A stretch of DNA of 64,000 nucleotides from Nannocystis bainbridge (lineage in GTDB: Bacteria; Myxococcota_A; Polyangia; Nannocystales; Nannocystaceae): the NCBI RefSeq assembly GCF_028368995.1, contig NZ_JAQNDL010000003.1:2432001-2496000 (forward strand). The letters are read 5' to 3'. Positions 9,007 to 19,867 of this stretch are shown here, in pieces. The notes below the pieces were generated by a model. It was not told the origin of the DNA. It saw nothing but the letters and a program-made list of their open reading frames with translations, and did not search any database. Position numbers and translations under genes: made by a program. Numbering within the stretch: the first letter of the stretch is position 1; each line of letters begins with the position of its first letter.

Positions 9007-10858
9007 CCCGAAGACCAGGTCGAAGGGCCGGGACGGCGCGCCGCAGGGCAGCACGTGGGCCGCGCTGCGCCGGTTCTGGCCGTACGCGCTGGCGCACAAG
9101 CGGTGGCTGTGGCTCGGCATGTGGATGATCCCGGTGGTCGCGGCGATGTCCGCCCTGCGCCCGCTGCTGGTCAAGCAGGCCGTCGACACCGACATCGCCC
9201 ACGGCGACCTGATCTCGCTGCGCGTCACCGGCATGCTGTTCCTCGCCGCGGTGATGGCCGAGTTCCTGGCCACCGCGGTCCAGGTCTACGCGCTGTCGCG
9301 GGCCGGCCACGCCACCATCACCGACCTGCGGCGCTCGATCTTCGGCCACGTGCTCAAGCTGCCGGCCCGCTTCTACGACAAGACGCCGATCGGCAACCTG
9401 CTCGCGCGCAGCACCAGCGACATCGAGGCGCTGAGCGAGACGCTCGCGTTCGGGGTGTTCACGATCCTCACCGACATCGCCGTGATCCTGTCGATCCTGG
9501 CGGCGATGTTCTTCCTCGACTGGCGGCTCACCCTGGTGTCGCTGGCCGCCGCGCCGCTGCTGTGGGTGATCGTGGTCCACTTCTCGGCCCGCCTGCGCAC
9601 GCTGCAGCTCGAGATCCGGCGCGCGCAGTCGGTCCAGAGCGGGTACCTGGCGGAGCAGCTGGCGGGCGTCACGGTGCTGCAGCTGTTCGGCCGCGAGCGG
9701 GCCGCCGTGCAGGAGTTCGAGCGGCTCGGCGACCGCTTCCTGCGCGCGGTCAAGACCGCCAACTGGTACGACGCCGGGCTCTACTCGGTGATGGACGGCG
9801 TCAGCGCGATGTGCGTGGCGCTGCTGATCTACTTCGCCGCGCCCTACCTGTTCGAGGACGTGGCCCGCAGCGGCGTGACCCTCGGCCTGCTGTTCGCGTT
9901 CATCGACTACCTGCAGCGGGTGTTCATCCCGATCCGCGAGTTCTCGGCCAAGCTCGCCACGATCCAGCGCGCGGTCGCCTCGCTCGAGCGGATCTACGGC
10001 CTCATCGACGAGCCGCCCGAGGCGCGCCTGCCCGCCGGCGCGAGCGACCCACTGCAGGGCTGGAGCGGCGGGCTGCAGGTCCGCGACCTCCGCTTCGGCT
10101 ACCGCGACGGCGGCTCCGACGTGCTCAAGGGCATCGACTTCGACATCGCCCCCGGCGAGGTCGTGGCGGTGGTCGGCCGCACCGGCTCGGGCAAGACCAG
10201 CCTCGGACGGATCTTGACCCGCACCTACGACGGCTACCGCGGCAGCGTCTCGCTGCAGGCGCCCGCGGGGTCGGTCGAGGTCCGCGACGTGGTCCCCGAC
10301 TGTCTCCGGGGACATGTCCTCATGGTCCAGCAGGACGTGTTCCTGTTCAACGACGACGTCGCGTTCAACGTCAGCCTCGGCGAGCCCGGCCTCGCCGACG
10401 AACCAGCGCGCATCGAGGCCGCGCTGCGCACGGTGCAGGCGTGGGAGTTCGTGCAGGAGCGCGGCGGGCTGTCGTTCGTGGTCGGCGAGCGCGGGCGCAA
10501 CCTGTCGGCCGGCGAGGCGCAGCTGCTGGCGTTCGCGCGAGTGGCCGCGCGCCAGCCGACGCTGCTCATCCTCGACGAGGCGACGGCGAGCGTCGACAGC
10601 ATGACCGAGCACAAGGTGCAGGCGGCGATCGAGCGGCTGCTCCGCGGGCGCAGCGTGCTGGTGATCGCGCATCGCTTGAGCACGGTGCGGCGGGCCGACA
10701 AGATCCTGGTGCTGCAAGACGGCGTGGTCGTCGAGCAGGGACCGCACGAGGTCCTGCTCGCGCGCGGCGGCGTGTACGCCGAGCTCTACCGCATGGGCTT
10801 CAAAGAGGAAGAAGACGACGGGAATAGCGGCGCGCAGCCCCCGGTTCCCGCGGCATGA
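8999..10858 (+). CDS. ABC exporter permease/ATPase, subunit 2 (MdlB-like)
   Basis: TM domain, GRTGSGKTS, LSAGEAQ, LILDEAT, IAHRLST; overlaps subunit 1. Confidence 0.92.
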   Translation: MADPKTRSKGRDGAPQGSTWAALRRFWPYALAHKRWLWLGMWMIPVVAAMSALRPLLVKQAVDTDIAHGDLISLRVTGMLFLAAVMAEFLATAVQVYALSRAGHATITDLRRSIFGHVLKLPARFYDKTPIGNLLARSTSDIEALSETLAFGVFTILTDIAVILSILAAMFFLDWRLTLVSLAAAPLLWVIVVHFSARLRTLQLEIRRAQSVQSGYLAEQLAGVTVLQLFGRERAAVQEFERLGDRFLRAVKTANWYDAGLYSVMDGVSAMCVALLIYFAAPYLFEDVARSGVTLGLLFAFIDYLQRVFIPIREFSAKLATIQRAVASLERIYGLIDEPPEARLPAGASDPLQGWSGGLQVRDLRFGYRDGGSDVLKGIDFDIAPGEVVAVVGRTGSGKTSLGRILTRTYDGYRGSVSLQAPAGSVEVRDVVPDCLRGHVLMVQQDVFLFNDDVAFNVSLGEPGLADEPARIEAALRTVQAWEFVQERGGLSFVVGERGRNLSAGEAQLLAFARVAARQPTLLILDEATASVDSMTEHKVQAAIERLLRGRSVLVIAHRLSTVRRADKILVLQDGVVVEQGPHEVLLARGGVYAELYRMGFKEEEDDGNSGAQPPVPAA

Positions 10859-12342
10859 GCTCATCCTCGATCCGGTCCCGACGACTCCGTTCGCCGCAGG
10901 CGCTGCTCGCCTTCCTCGGCCTGACGACGATCGGCGGCGCAGCGGTCGCACTCGGGTATCACGACCAGGCCGAAGCCGCGGACGACCCGCCCGCGGCCAC
11001 CGCCGCCAGCACGCTCTGGCGCGAGGGCAGCGGCGCGCCGGTGGTCGGCGGCGAATTCGACCCCCGCCGCAGCCTGGCCCCGCTCGTCAAGGAGCTGTCG
11101 CCCGCGGTGGTCAACATCCGCGCCTATGGCAAGCGCGCGCAGCTCGACATGCAAGGCGTCGACCCGCGCATGCTGCCGTTCCTCGAGCAATTCAATATGG
11201 GCCCGGGCGCCGAGGCGCCGCCGCAGCAGGGCATCGGCTCGGGCTTCGTGCTCACGCCCGACGGCCTGGTGGTCACCAATCACCACGTGGTCAACGGCAC
11301 CGAGCGGCTCGAGGTCAAGCTGCACGACGGCCGCATGTACAAGGGCAAGGTGCTCGGCTCCGACCCGTACACCGATATCGCCCTGGTCCAGCTCGAGGGC
11401 GCGAGCGGGCTCAAGACGGCGACGCTCGGCAACAGCACCGCGCTGTCGGTCGGCGACTGGGTGATGGCGATCGGCTCGCCGATGGGCCTCGAGCAGACGG
11501 CCACCGCCGGCATCGTCTCGGCCAAGGGCCGCGGCAGCCTCGGGCTCTACGCCAACAGCTACATCGATTTCTTGCAGACCGACGCCTCGATCGCGCCCGG
11601 CAGCAGCGGCGGGCCGCTGTTCAACATGGCGGGCGAGGTGGTGGGCATCAACACGGCGGTCGGGGGGATCGGCCGCGGGCTGGGGTTCGCGGTCCCGGTC
11701 GATCAAGCAAAGACGGTGATCCCGCAGCTCAAGGCGTCCGGCAAGGTGGTGCGCGGGTGGCTGGGGATCTCCGGCCGCGAGATCGAGCCGGCCGTGGGCC
11801 GCGCGCCAGAGGCCGGCGCGGTGGTGGGGACGGTCCAGGCGGGGACGCCGGCGGCGCAGGCGGGCCTGCGCGCGGGCGACCGGGTGACCGCGATCAACGG
11901 CCGCGACGTGCTCAACTTCAGCGACCTCCGCGGCCGCGTCGCCGACACCAAACCTGGCTCTCAGGTCATCCTGTCGGTCGACCGCGGCGGCAAGCAAGTC
12001 GACCTCAAGGCGACGATCGGCAAGCTGCCGAGCGAGGACGAGCTGCAGCGCTCGGCCCGCCGCATGAACGGCGAGCCCGGCAAGCTGTTCCCCGACGGCC
12101 AGCCGCGCCTCGGGGCCCAGGTCGAGGCCAAGGACGGGCTCCTGACGGTCCGCAGCGTGATGCCCGGGTCGCTCGCCGACGAGCTCGGCCTGCGCGAGGG
12201 CGACGTGCTGCAGACGATCAACGGCCAGAAGGTGACGCAGGTCGGCGACGTCGCCGGGGCGCTGGCGAGCGACGACGGCAAGGTGGCCGTCGAGGTGAAG
12301 CGCGGCGGCTCGACCCACTCGGCGATGATCGAGCGTCGCTGA
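10855..12342 (+). CDS. HtrA/DegP-like serine protease with two PDZ domains
   Basis: GSGF, TNHHV, DIAL, QTDASIAPGSSGGPL, RGWLG, two PDZ-like repeats. Confidence 0.92.
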   Translation: MSSSSIRSRRLRSPQALLAFLGLTTIGGAAVALGYHDQAEAADDPPAATAASTLWREGSGAPVVGGEFDPRRSLAPLVKELSPAVVNIRAYGKRAQLDMQGVDPRMLPFLEQFNMGPGAEAPPQQGIGSGFVLTPDGLVVTNHHVVNGTERLEVKLHDGRMYKGKVLGSDPYTDIALVQLEGASGLKTATLGNSTALSVGDWVMAIGSPMGLEQTATAGIVSAKGRGSLGLYANSYIDFLQTDASIAPGSSGGPLFNMAGEVVGINTAVGGIGRGLGFAVPVDQAKTVIPQLKASGKVVRGWLGISGREIEPAVGRAPEAGAVVGTVQAGTPAAQAGLRAGDRVTAINGRDVLNFSDLRGRVADTKPGSQVILSVDRGGKQVDLKATIGKLPSEDELQRSARRMNGEPGKLFPDGQPRLGAQVEAKDGLLTVRSVMPGSLADELGLREGDVLQTINGQKVTQVGDVAGALASDDGKVAVEVKRGGSTHSAMIERR

Positions 12343-12454
12343 GCGCGATGCGCTCGACGCAGAGCCCGGACGCCGCCCACGCGGCGCCCGGGCTCTCGCG
12401 CGCGCCGAGGACGTGCTCGATGGTTACGGAGACGTGCGGGACCGCCGTCTGTCT

Positions 12455-12534
12455 CGACATGTCGATGTGGATATGTCCATGACGACATGTCCAATTCGAC
12501 ATGTTTTTAAAGACATTTCCCGAGGGGCATGTCC
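12455..12534. repeat. 14-bp-period CATG decamer array (6 units)
   Basis: CGACATGTCG atgt GGATATGTCC atga CGACATGTCC aatt CGACATGTTT ttaa AGACATTTCC cgag GGGCATGTCC, between convergent htrA-like gene and trxB. Confidence 0.9.
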
Positions 12535-12611
12535 GAAGGGACTGCCCCGTCTCGCGAAGAGACGAGCGCCCGCGCCGCTCGGCGCGCTGCGCTCGTCCCC
12601 AGCCCGGCGGC

Positions 12612-13544
12612 CTACAGGTGCTCGGCGAGCCAGCGCTCGGCGTCGATCGCCGCCATGCAGCCGGTGCCGGCCGCGCTGACCGCCTGGCGGTAGACCTTGT
12701 CGGCCACGTCGCCGCAGGCGAACACCCCGGGGATGTTGGTCGCGGTCGAGCCGGGGCGGACCTTGAGGTAGCCGGTCTCGTCCATGTCGAGCATGCCCTT
12801 GAAGATGTCGCTGTTGGGCTGGTGGCCGATGGCGAGGAACAGGCCCGTCACTGCCAGCTCGCGGGCGCCCCCGGTCACCGAGTCGCGCAGGGCCAGGCCG
12901 ACCACCCGGTCGCCGCCGAGCACGTCGTCGACCTCGGTGTTGTAGTGCACCGTGATCTTCGGGTTCTCGATCGCGCGGGTCTGCATGATCTTGCTGGCGC
13001 GGAACGTGTCGCGCCGGTGGATCAGGTGGACGTTGCGGCACATGCGGGTGAGGAACGTGGCCTCCTCCATCGCCGTGTCGCCGCCGCCGATCACCGCCAC
13101 GTCCTGGTTGCGGTAGAACGCCCCGTCGCAGGTCGCGCAGGCCGTCACGCCGCCGCCCGACATGCGCAGCCGCTGCTCGTTGGGCAGGCCGAGCCACTTG
13201 GCCGACGCGCCGGTGGCGATGATGAGCGCGTCGCCGTGATAGGTGTCGGCCTCGCCCTCGACCACGAAGGGCCGGCGCGACAGGTCGACGCGCATGCCCA
13301 TGTCGTAGTGGAGCTGGGTGCCGAAGCGCTCGGCCTGCTGGCGGAACTCCTCCATCATGTCGGGGCCGGTGATGCCCTTGGGGAAGCCCGGATAGTTCTC
13401 GACCTCGGTAGTCGTGGTGAGCTGGCCGCCCGGCTCGGGGCCGGCGATCATCACGGGCTCCAGGCTCGCGCGCGCGGCGTAGATCGCGGCGGTGTAGCCC
13501 GCGGGGCCCGAACCGAGGATGAGGACTCTGCTGTGCGTCGGCAT
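12612..13544 (-). CDS. trxB: thioredoxin-disulfide reductase
   Basis: GSGPAGYTAAIY, GGQLTTTTEVENYPG, CATCDG, GGGDTAMEEA, GVFACGDV, YRQAVSAAGTG. Confidence 0.96.
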   Translation of the reverse strand: MPTHSRVLILGSGPAGYTAAIYAARASLEPVMIAGPEPGGQLTTTTEVENYPGFPKGITGPDMMEEFRQQAERFGTQLHYDMGMRVDLSRRPFVVEGEADTYHGDALIIATGASAKWLGLPNEQRLRMSGGGVTACATCDGAFYRNQDVAVIGGGDTAMEEATFLTRMCRNVHLIHRRDTFRASKIMQTRAIENPKITVHYNTEVDDVLGGDRVVGLALRDSVTGGARELAVTGLFLAIGHQPNSDIFKGMLDMDETGYLKVRPGSTATNIPGVFACGDVADKVYRQAVSAAGTGCMAAIDAERWLAEHL

Positions 13545-13751
13545 GAGGCTGGAGGATAGCTGCTCCCGCCAGGCCGCATGACGGGGCCCCGGCCCGCCCG
13601 GCCCCTGAGGGACATCACGCCCGCCGCGCGCGCGAGCCCGTGGACGTGGTTTCACCGCGACGCAGGCCCGAGCCGCGGGGGCGATCGCCGCGACTCACCG
13701 CCGGCGCCGCCACCTCCGGCCATGACGCGGCGGATGTCCTCCCGCGAGCCG

Positions 13752-13775
13752 TGACATGGCCCGAAGGACATGTCC
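13752..13775. repeat. 14-bp-period CATG decamer pair
   Basis: TGACATGGCC cgaa GGACATGTCC; cores at 13755 and 13769. Confidence 0.65.
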
Positions 13776-13841
13776 CGCCCCCGGCGGCCCTTGACGGCGC
13801 GCTCGATGGGGCCAGCGGGCCGCAGAACCATGGCCCGCGGC

Positions 13842-14021
13842 TCACTGGGCCCGCTCGACGGTGACCAGCGGCGAGCCGTCGCGGCGGCGGCGGATCAGCA
13901 TGCGCCACGGACGGCAGCAGACCTCGCAGTCCTCGATCAGCTCACCGCGGGTCCCGGGGTCGACCACGATCTCGACCACCTGGAAGCAGTAGGGGCACTG
14001 GACCTGGGCGATGTCGTCCAT
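13842..14021 (-). CDS. CPXCG motif-type small cysteine-rich (zinc-ribbon-like) protein, 59 aa
   Basis: Below ORF-track cutoff; reads MDDIAQVQCPYCFQVVEIVVDPGTRGELIEDCEVCCRPWRM... Confidence 0.85.
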   Translation of the reverse strand: MDDIAQVQCPYCFQVVEIVVDPGTRGELIEDCEVCCRPWRMLIRRRRDGSPLVTVERAQ

Positions 14022-14096
14022 GCTCGTCGCATAGCACGGGCGGCCCGGCCTGACCGGTCCGGGCGCTTGGCGGGTGCTCTGCTATGCTGGCGCGCG

Positions 14097-14525
14097 ATGT
14101 CCATCCGCGATCAGGCGAAAGACTGGGCCAAGCAGCAGACCGACCAGATCCGCAGCGACCCGAGGGGGTGGGCCAAGGCCCAGGGTGAGCGCTTCAAGCA
14201 GATGGTCGACGTGGCGCCGTTCAGCGACGCGGCGCTCGAGCGCGAGCTCCGGTCCCTGCGCGAGCGCTCGGCCCGCCTGAGCCAGCTCGACGGCGACGAG
14301 CGGCAGAAGCTGGCCGACGAGCTGCTGGCCCTCCACGAGCGCCTCACCGCCGGCGGCGCGCTCATCAGCGGCGCCAAGATCGGCCTCGCCGCCTCGGTCC
14401 TGCCGGTCGTCGGCATGATCACCGGCCCGGTCCTCGGCAGCGCCTACGGCGTGTACCGCTCGCAGCGCCTCGGCGAGGTCCGCGAGGAGGTGCAGGCGAT
14501 GCTGCGCAAGCTCGCTCGCGGCTGA
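14097..14525 (+). CDS. hypothetical protein with C-terminal hydrophobic hairpin
   Basis: MSIRDQAKDWAK...; typical codon usage; TATGCT 8 nt upstream of ATG. Confidence 0.7.
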   Translation: MSIRDQAKDWAKQQTDQIRSDPRGWAKAQGERFKQMVDVAPFSDAALERELRSLRERSARLSQLDGDERQKLADELLALHERLTAGGALISGAKIGLAASVLPVVGMITGPVLGSAYGVYRSQRLGEVREEVQAMLRKLARG

Positions 14526-14599
14526 GCCCGCTCGCGGGAGCGCGTGAGCCGCGGGCGCGTGCCCTGAGCGACGCCGTCGCGTATGCGTGACCGGATCTG

Positions 14600-14770
14600 C
14601 GGGCGAGCGCCGGCCCGACGAACCTTGCGACGTGTCGCGTCGCAAGGTTCGTCGCGACGTGCGAGCGCCGGCCGACGAGCGCGAGCGCCGGCGACCTGTC
14701 GCGTCGCGAGGTTCATTGCGGCGTCCGAGCGCCGGACCGAGGAGCGCGAGCGCCGGCTACGTGTCGCACC
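14600..14770. repeat. REP-like palindromic cluster
   Basis: Perfect 17-bp stem 14616-14632/14638-14654 plus about five copies of CGAGCGCCGG. Confidence 0.6.
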
Positions 14771-14805
14771 GTGACGTCGTCGCGGCGCCTGGACCGGCCC
14801 CGCGT

Positions 14806-14902
14806 CATCATGTCTCTTCGGACAGCCGCGTTCGAGCCCCGGCAGGTCCCCCCGACATGTCTCATGGGCCATCTTTATGAACATGTCTCTTCGGACATGT
14901 CC
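14806..14902. repeat. CATG decamer array, partly out of phase
   Basis: Cores at 14809/14823, 14856/14870, 14882/14896 (pairs 14 bp apart), e.g. GAACATGTCT cttc GGACATGTCC. Confidence 0.7.
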
Positions 14903-15047
14903 TTCGTGCAAGGTCCACATGCCAGAGCTATTCTTTTAAAAGGGGAAGTCTCTTGGGACAGCTTCTTGCTTGACCTCATGAACTCGCCTTCATGCGGACG
15001 GCGGCCTGCGGTCACCGGGGTGGACCGCGCGTGCTAGGGTTTGGTGC

Positions 15048-15701
15048 GTGGAACCGAAGCAGGTTGTTCGGGTGTTGCTGGCGGACGATCACGCGATTGT
15101 CCGGGAGGGGGTCCGCATGCTGCTCGCTGACCAGCCTGGCATCGAGGTCGTGGGCGAGGTCGCCGACGGTCGCGCGGCGGTCGCCGCGGTCGGGCAGCTC
15201 CGACCCGATGTCGTCGTCATGGACCTCGGCATGCCGGAGTTGAACGGCGTCGAGGCGACCCGGGCGATCTGCCGCGATTTTCCTGGCACCCAGGTCCTCG
15301 TGCTCTCGATGTACGCTGGCGAGGAGTACGTGCGCCCGGCGATCCGCGCCGGCGCCAGCGGCTATCTTTTGAAGGGGTCGGGCTTCACCGAGCTGCTCGC
15401 TGCGATCGCGGCCGTGGCGCGCGGCGGCGCCTTCTTCAGCCCGGCGATCGCCAAGCTCGTGCTCGTCGACTCGCGCCGGCGCGAGGACCATCCTGCCGAC
15501 GCCCTCACCCAGCGCGAGTGCGAGATCCTCCGGCTCGTCGTTCAGGGCCAGTCGAGCAACCAGATCGCCCGTGACCTCGGTCTCAGCATGAAGACCGTCG
15601 AGGGCCACCGCGGGCGGATCATGGCCAAGCTCGACGTGCACCACCTCGCCGGCCTGGTGCGCTACGCCGTGCGGGCCGGCATCGTCTCGCCGGATCCGTG
15701 A
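15048..15701 (+). CDS. NarL/LuxR-family response regulator
   Basis: LADDHAIVREG, PDVVVMDLGMP, GYLLK, LTQRECEIL...IARDLGLSMKTVEGHR HTH. Confidence 0.95.
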   Translation: MEPKQVVRVLLADDHAIVREGVRMLLADQPGIEVVGEVADGRAAVAAVGQLRPDVVVMDLGMPELNGVEATRAICRDFPGTQVLVLSMYAGEEYVRPAIRAGASGYLLKGSGFTELLAAIAAVARGGAFFSPAIAKLVLVDSRRREDHPADALTQRECEILRLVVQGQSSNQIARDLGLSMKTVEGHRGRIMAKLDVHHLAGLVRYAVRAGIVSPDP

Positions 15702-15780
15702 GCGGCGGCGTTTCTATTTTTATTAAAGCTGCGTTACCTGGGGGGCGCCAGCGCGCCAGCGCGCCGGGCGCAGATCGCTG

Positions 15781-15846
15781 GACCATGTTCTTTCAGACAT
15801 GCCCTCGCGGACATGCTCCATCGGACATGCCCTCACAGACATGTCC
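15781..15846. repeat. 14-bp-period CATG decamer array (5 units)
   Basis: GACCATGTTC tttc AGACATGCCC tcgc GGACATGCTC catc GGACATGCCC tcac AGACATGTCC; cores 15784, 15798, 15812, 15826, 15840; convergent junction. Confidence 0.92.
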
Positions 15847-15860
15847 GAATCGCCACCCGC

Positions 15861-18458
15861 TCACAGCCCGAACATGTGCTGCAGCTTGAGGAACAGGATG
15901 TCCTCGTTGGCGACCCCCGGGGTGACCAGGTTGCTGAAGCCGCCGATCGGTCGGTAGCTGAAGCGGGGGCTGAAGTCGGTCAGCACGGTGCGGTGGGTGT
16001 AGACGAAGAACAGGAAGCTGCCGGGGCGGTACTCCCAGCGGAGGATCGAGTTGGAGATGAAGCTCGTGAGGCCCTGGTCGACCTCGCCGACGTAGGGCGC
16101 CGGGTTGACCGGCACGAGCACGTCGGGGCGCTGGAGCACGAAGAAATCGGTGTGGCGGGCCGACAGGAAGTACAGCTGATTGAAGGTCTGCAGCGTCAGG
16201 TTGGGCAGGATGCCGAGGGTGCCGCGCAGCACGCCGATGTACTGGGTCACGTAAGCGCGGCCGAACACGGCCTCGTCGAGCTCGTTGGTGGTGGTCCAGC
16301 GCGGGCGGCCGAAGCTGAGGTTGAGGTCGCCGCGCAGCGTCAGCTCGAGCCGCGGCACCGGCCGGAGGCGCAGCTCGACCCCGTAGTCGGGGCCTGGGCG
16401 GCCGTTCTGCTCGCCGTAGGCCCAGTTGAACACGCCGACGACCTTCTTGTTGTCGGGGCTCCAGTAGGTGCCGCCGATCCACCAGTGGAACGGCACCAGG
16501 TACGGGATCCCGCCGCGCGTCTCGTACAGGTCGTACTGCGGCAGGTGGCCGCCGGCGTTCATCGAGGTGCCCCACAGCTTGAGCGTGGTGAGGTTGAGGT
16601 CGAGGTGGAGCTGCTTCTGCAGCAGGTAGCCCTGGTACGACGACGCCACCTGCGTCGACACCGTCGCCGCCATACGGCGGATGTTGCCGACCGGCTGGGC
16701 GTTGAACACACCGACGTTGGCCTTGCCGTCGATGAAGTTGTTGAAGCGCATGTAGCCGAGGTCGTTGAAGTCGGCGTGCGGCGTGAGGGTCTCGAAGGCC
16801 GCCCCCATCGACAGGTTCTTGCTGGTGCGGTTGATGTCGGCCACCGCGCCCATGCCCTCGCGGCGGCCGTTGTGCGTGCCGATGATCTGGGCCGAGTGGC
16901 GCCAGCGCTCGCGGAAGCGGATCCGGTAGTCGATGCCGCCGGTGAACGCCGACGGCTCGCCGCCGCCGCGCACCACCCCGGTCACGAGCGCGCCGATGCT
17001 GGTCTGGCCGTCGAACTCGCGGCGCACGCGGACCACCGAGTACTGGCTGATCGGGTCGACGGTGACGCGGCGCTCGAGGCCGTCGGAGAAGCGCTCGACG
17101 CCGAAGCTGGCGCCGGTGTTGGCCGTCAGCACGCCGAGGCTCCAGCCCGGCTTGACCTGGCCGGTGACGCGCAGGGCCCCGAAGATGCGGGTCAGCGGAT
17201 CGAGCGCGACGACCTCGCCCGTCTCCTCGCCGCGCGGGGTCTGGTCGGCCAGCCCGGCCCGCGGGATGCGCCCCACTCGGCGCGAGTAGAACAGCTGGAA
17301 CCGCGTCTCGAAGATCTCCTTGGACTCGAGGAAGAACGTGCGCCGCTCGGGGAAGTAGACCTCGAACGGCCCGAGGTTCAGCACCGCCGGGTCGACCTCG
17401 GCCTGGCCGAAGTCGGGGTTGACCGCGAGGTCGAGCGTCAGGTTGCCGCGCAGGCCGTACTTGAGGTCGAAGCCGCCGTTGGGCAGCAGCGGGAACGAGC
17501 GGTCGAGGCTGTCGTCGCCGCGCCGCGGCACGCCGCGCAGCGAGAAGAACGGCCGCAGCTCGAGGTTGAGGCCCGGCTGGATGTCCTTGACCCCGGTGTA
17601 GTCGAGCGCCCAGCTGATGCGGCCCGGCAGGCCCTGCGGCGTGGGCGACAGGATCTGGGTCTCGCCGTCGTGGTTGATCCACCGGCCGACGTTGACGCCG
17701 AAGGTGTACTCGTCGCGCGCGGTGAAGCGGATCGTCGACCACGGGATGAACATCTCGGCCGACCAACCGGTGTCGGTCAGCCTGGCCGCGCCCTTCCACA
17801 CCCCATCCCACAAAAACTCCTCGGAGTCGTCGCGAAACAGCTGCGAGTCCTCCTGCGAGCCGGAGGCGTTGAGCGCGAACGAGTAGCCGGTGGTGTCGTT
17901 GTTGTTGGGGTCGAGCTCGAGCCAGACGATGTCGCTGGGGCCGAGCTGGTCCTTGCGAAACACGCCGGCGCGCACGTGCTTCGGGTCGTCCTGGCAGTCG
18001 AAGGCGACGTAGATGCCCTTGCTGCCGTAGGCGATCCGCACCCGCGTCTCGTGGGTCGGCGCGTAGCCGTAGCGCGGCTCGAACTGGACCAGGTCGGGCA
18101 GCAGCGGCACCGCCAGCCAGGCCGGCTCGCTGGTCCGGCCGTCGATGTCGATCGCGCCGTCGTCGATGCGCGTCGACCTCAGCTTGAAGTCCCGCACCCG
18201 CGCCTTGCCGACGATCGGCCGCAGCGGCGGGGCGCTGGTCGGCCGGACCCAAAGTGGCGCTTGGGACATGTCCTGAACGCCAGCTCGCGGCGACGGCGGG
18301 GTCGGCAGCGGCGCGCTCGCCCCGGGCGCCAGCTTGTCGACGGCGGGCCCGGCCGCGGGCGCGGGCGCGGCGGCGCCTGCGGCCGGCACCGGGCCGACGA
18401 CGCGTGCAGACAGACCCCACGCGACCAGGACCCAGACAGGCAGGAGCTGCGCGAGCAC
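15861..18458 (-). CDS. CBM9-like + DUF5916 outer-membrane protein
   Basis: IDGRTSEPAW, WDGVW, GWSAEMFIPWSTIRF, NPDFGQAEVD, FEVYFPERRTFFLE, LFYSRRVG, LRWEYRPGS. Confidence 0.85.
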   Translation of the reverse strand: MLAQLLPVWVLVAWGLSARVVGPVPAAGAAAPAPAAGPAVDKLAPGASAPLPTPPSPRAGVQDMSQAPLWVRPTSAPPLRPIVGKARVRDFKLRSTRIDDGAIDIDGRTSEPAWLAVPLLPDLVQFEPRYGYAPTHETRVRIAYGSKGIYVAFDCQDDPKHVRAGVFRKDQLGPSDIVWLELDPNNNDTTGYSFALNASGSQEDSQLFRDDSEEFLWDGVWKGAARLTDTGWSAEMFIPWSTIRFTARDEYTFGVNVGRWINHDGETQILSPTPQGLPGRISWALDYTGVKDIQPGLNLELRPFFSLRGVPRRGDDSLDRSFPLLPNGGFDLKYGLRGNLTLDLAVNPDFGQAEVDPAVLNLGPFEVYFPERRTFFLESKEIFETRFQLFYSRRVGRIPRAGLADQTPRGEETGEVVALDPLTRIFGALRVTGQVKPGWSLGVLTANTGASFGVERFSDGLERRVTVDPISQYSVVRVRREFDGQTSIGALVTGVVRGGGEPSAFTGGIDYRIRFRERWRHSAQIIGTHNGRREGMGAVADINRTSKNLSMGAAFETLTPHADFNDLGYMRFNNFIDGKANVGVFNAQPVGNIRRMAATVSTQVASSYQGYLLQKQLHLDLNLTTLKLWGTSMNAGGHLPQYDLYETRGGIPYLVPFHWWIGGTYWSPDNKKVVGVFNWAYGEQNGRPGPDYGVELRLRPVPRLELTLRGDLNLSFGRPRWTTTNELDEAVFGRAYVTQYIGVLRGTLGILPNLTLQTFNQLYFLSARHTDFFVLQRPDVLVPVNPAPYVGEVDQGLTSFISNSILRWEYRPGSFLFFVYTHRTVLTDFSPRFSYRPIGGFSNLVTPGVANEDILFLKLQHMFGL

Positions 18459-18604
18459 GTCGAGATCCCAGAGAGGCCGCGTACAGGGTTACGGCCGGCG
18501 GTGCATGTATACCGCGTCCTGCGCGCGAATTGGGTGAGGATCCACACCGGAGCCGCGAACGGGCCGGTCGGTCGCACACACCGACGCGCGTGTACACCCG
18601 AACC

Positions 18605-19771
<1,167 letters not shown>

Positions 19772-19782
19772 GCTGACCTTCG

Positions 19783-19848
19783 GGACATGCCCTCCGGGGC
19801 ATGTCCCTCCCGACATGTAAAAAGGGACATGCTCCGCAGAGCATGTCC
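19783..19848. repeat. 14-bp-period CATG decamer array (5 units)
   Basis: GGACATGCCC tccg GGGCATGTCC ctcc CGACATGTAA aaag GGACATGCTC cgca GAGCATGTCC. Confidence 0.92.
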
Positions 19849-19854
19849 CTTTTT
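19819..19854. terminator. bidirectional rho-independent terminator built from array units 4 and 5
   Basis: AAAAAGGGACATGCTC-cgca-GAGCATGTCCCTTTTT perfect 16-bp inverted repeat between convergent genes. Confidence 0.8.
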
Positions 19855-19867
19855 CTTTAGCCCGCCG

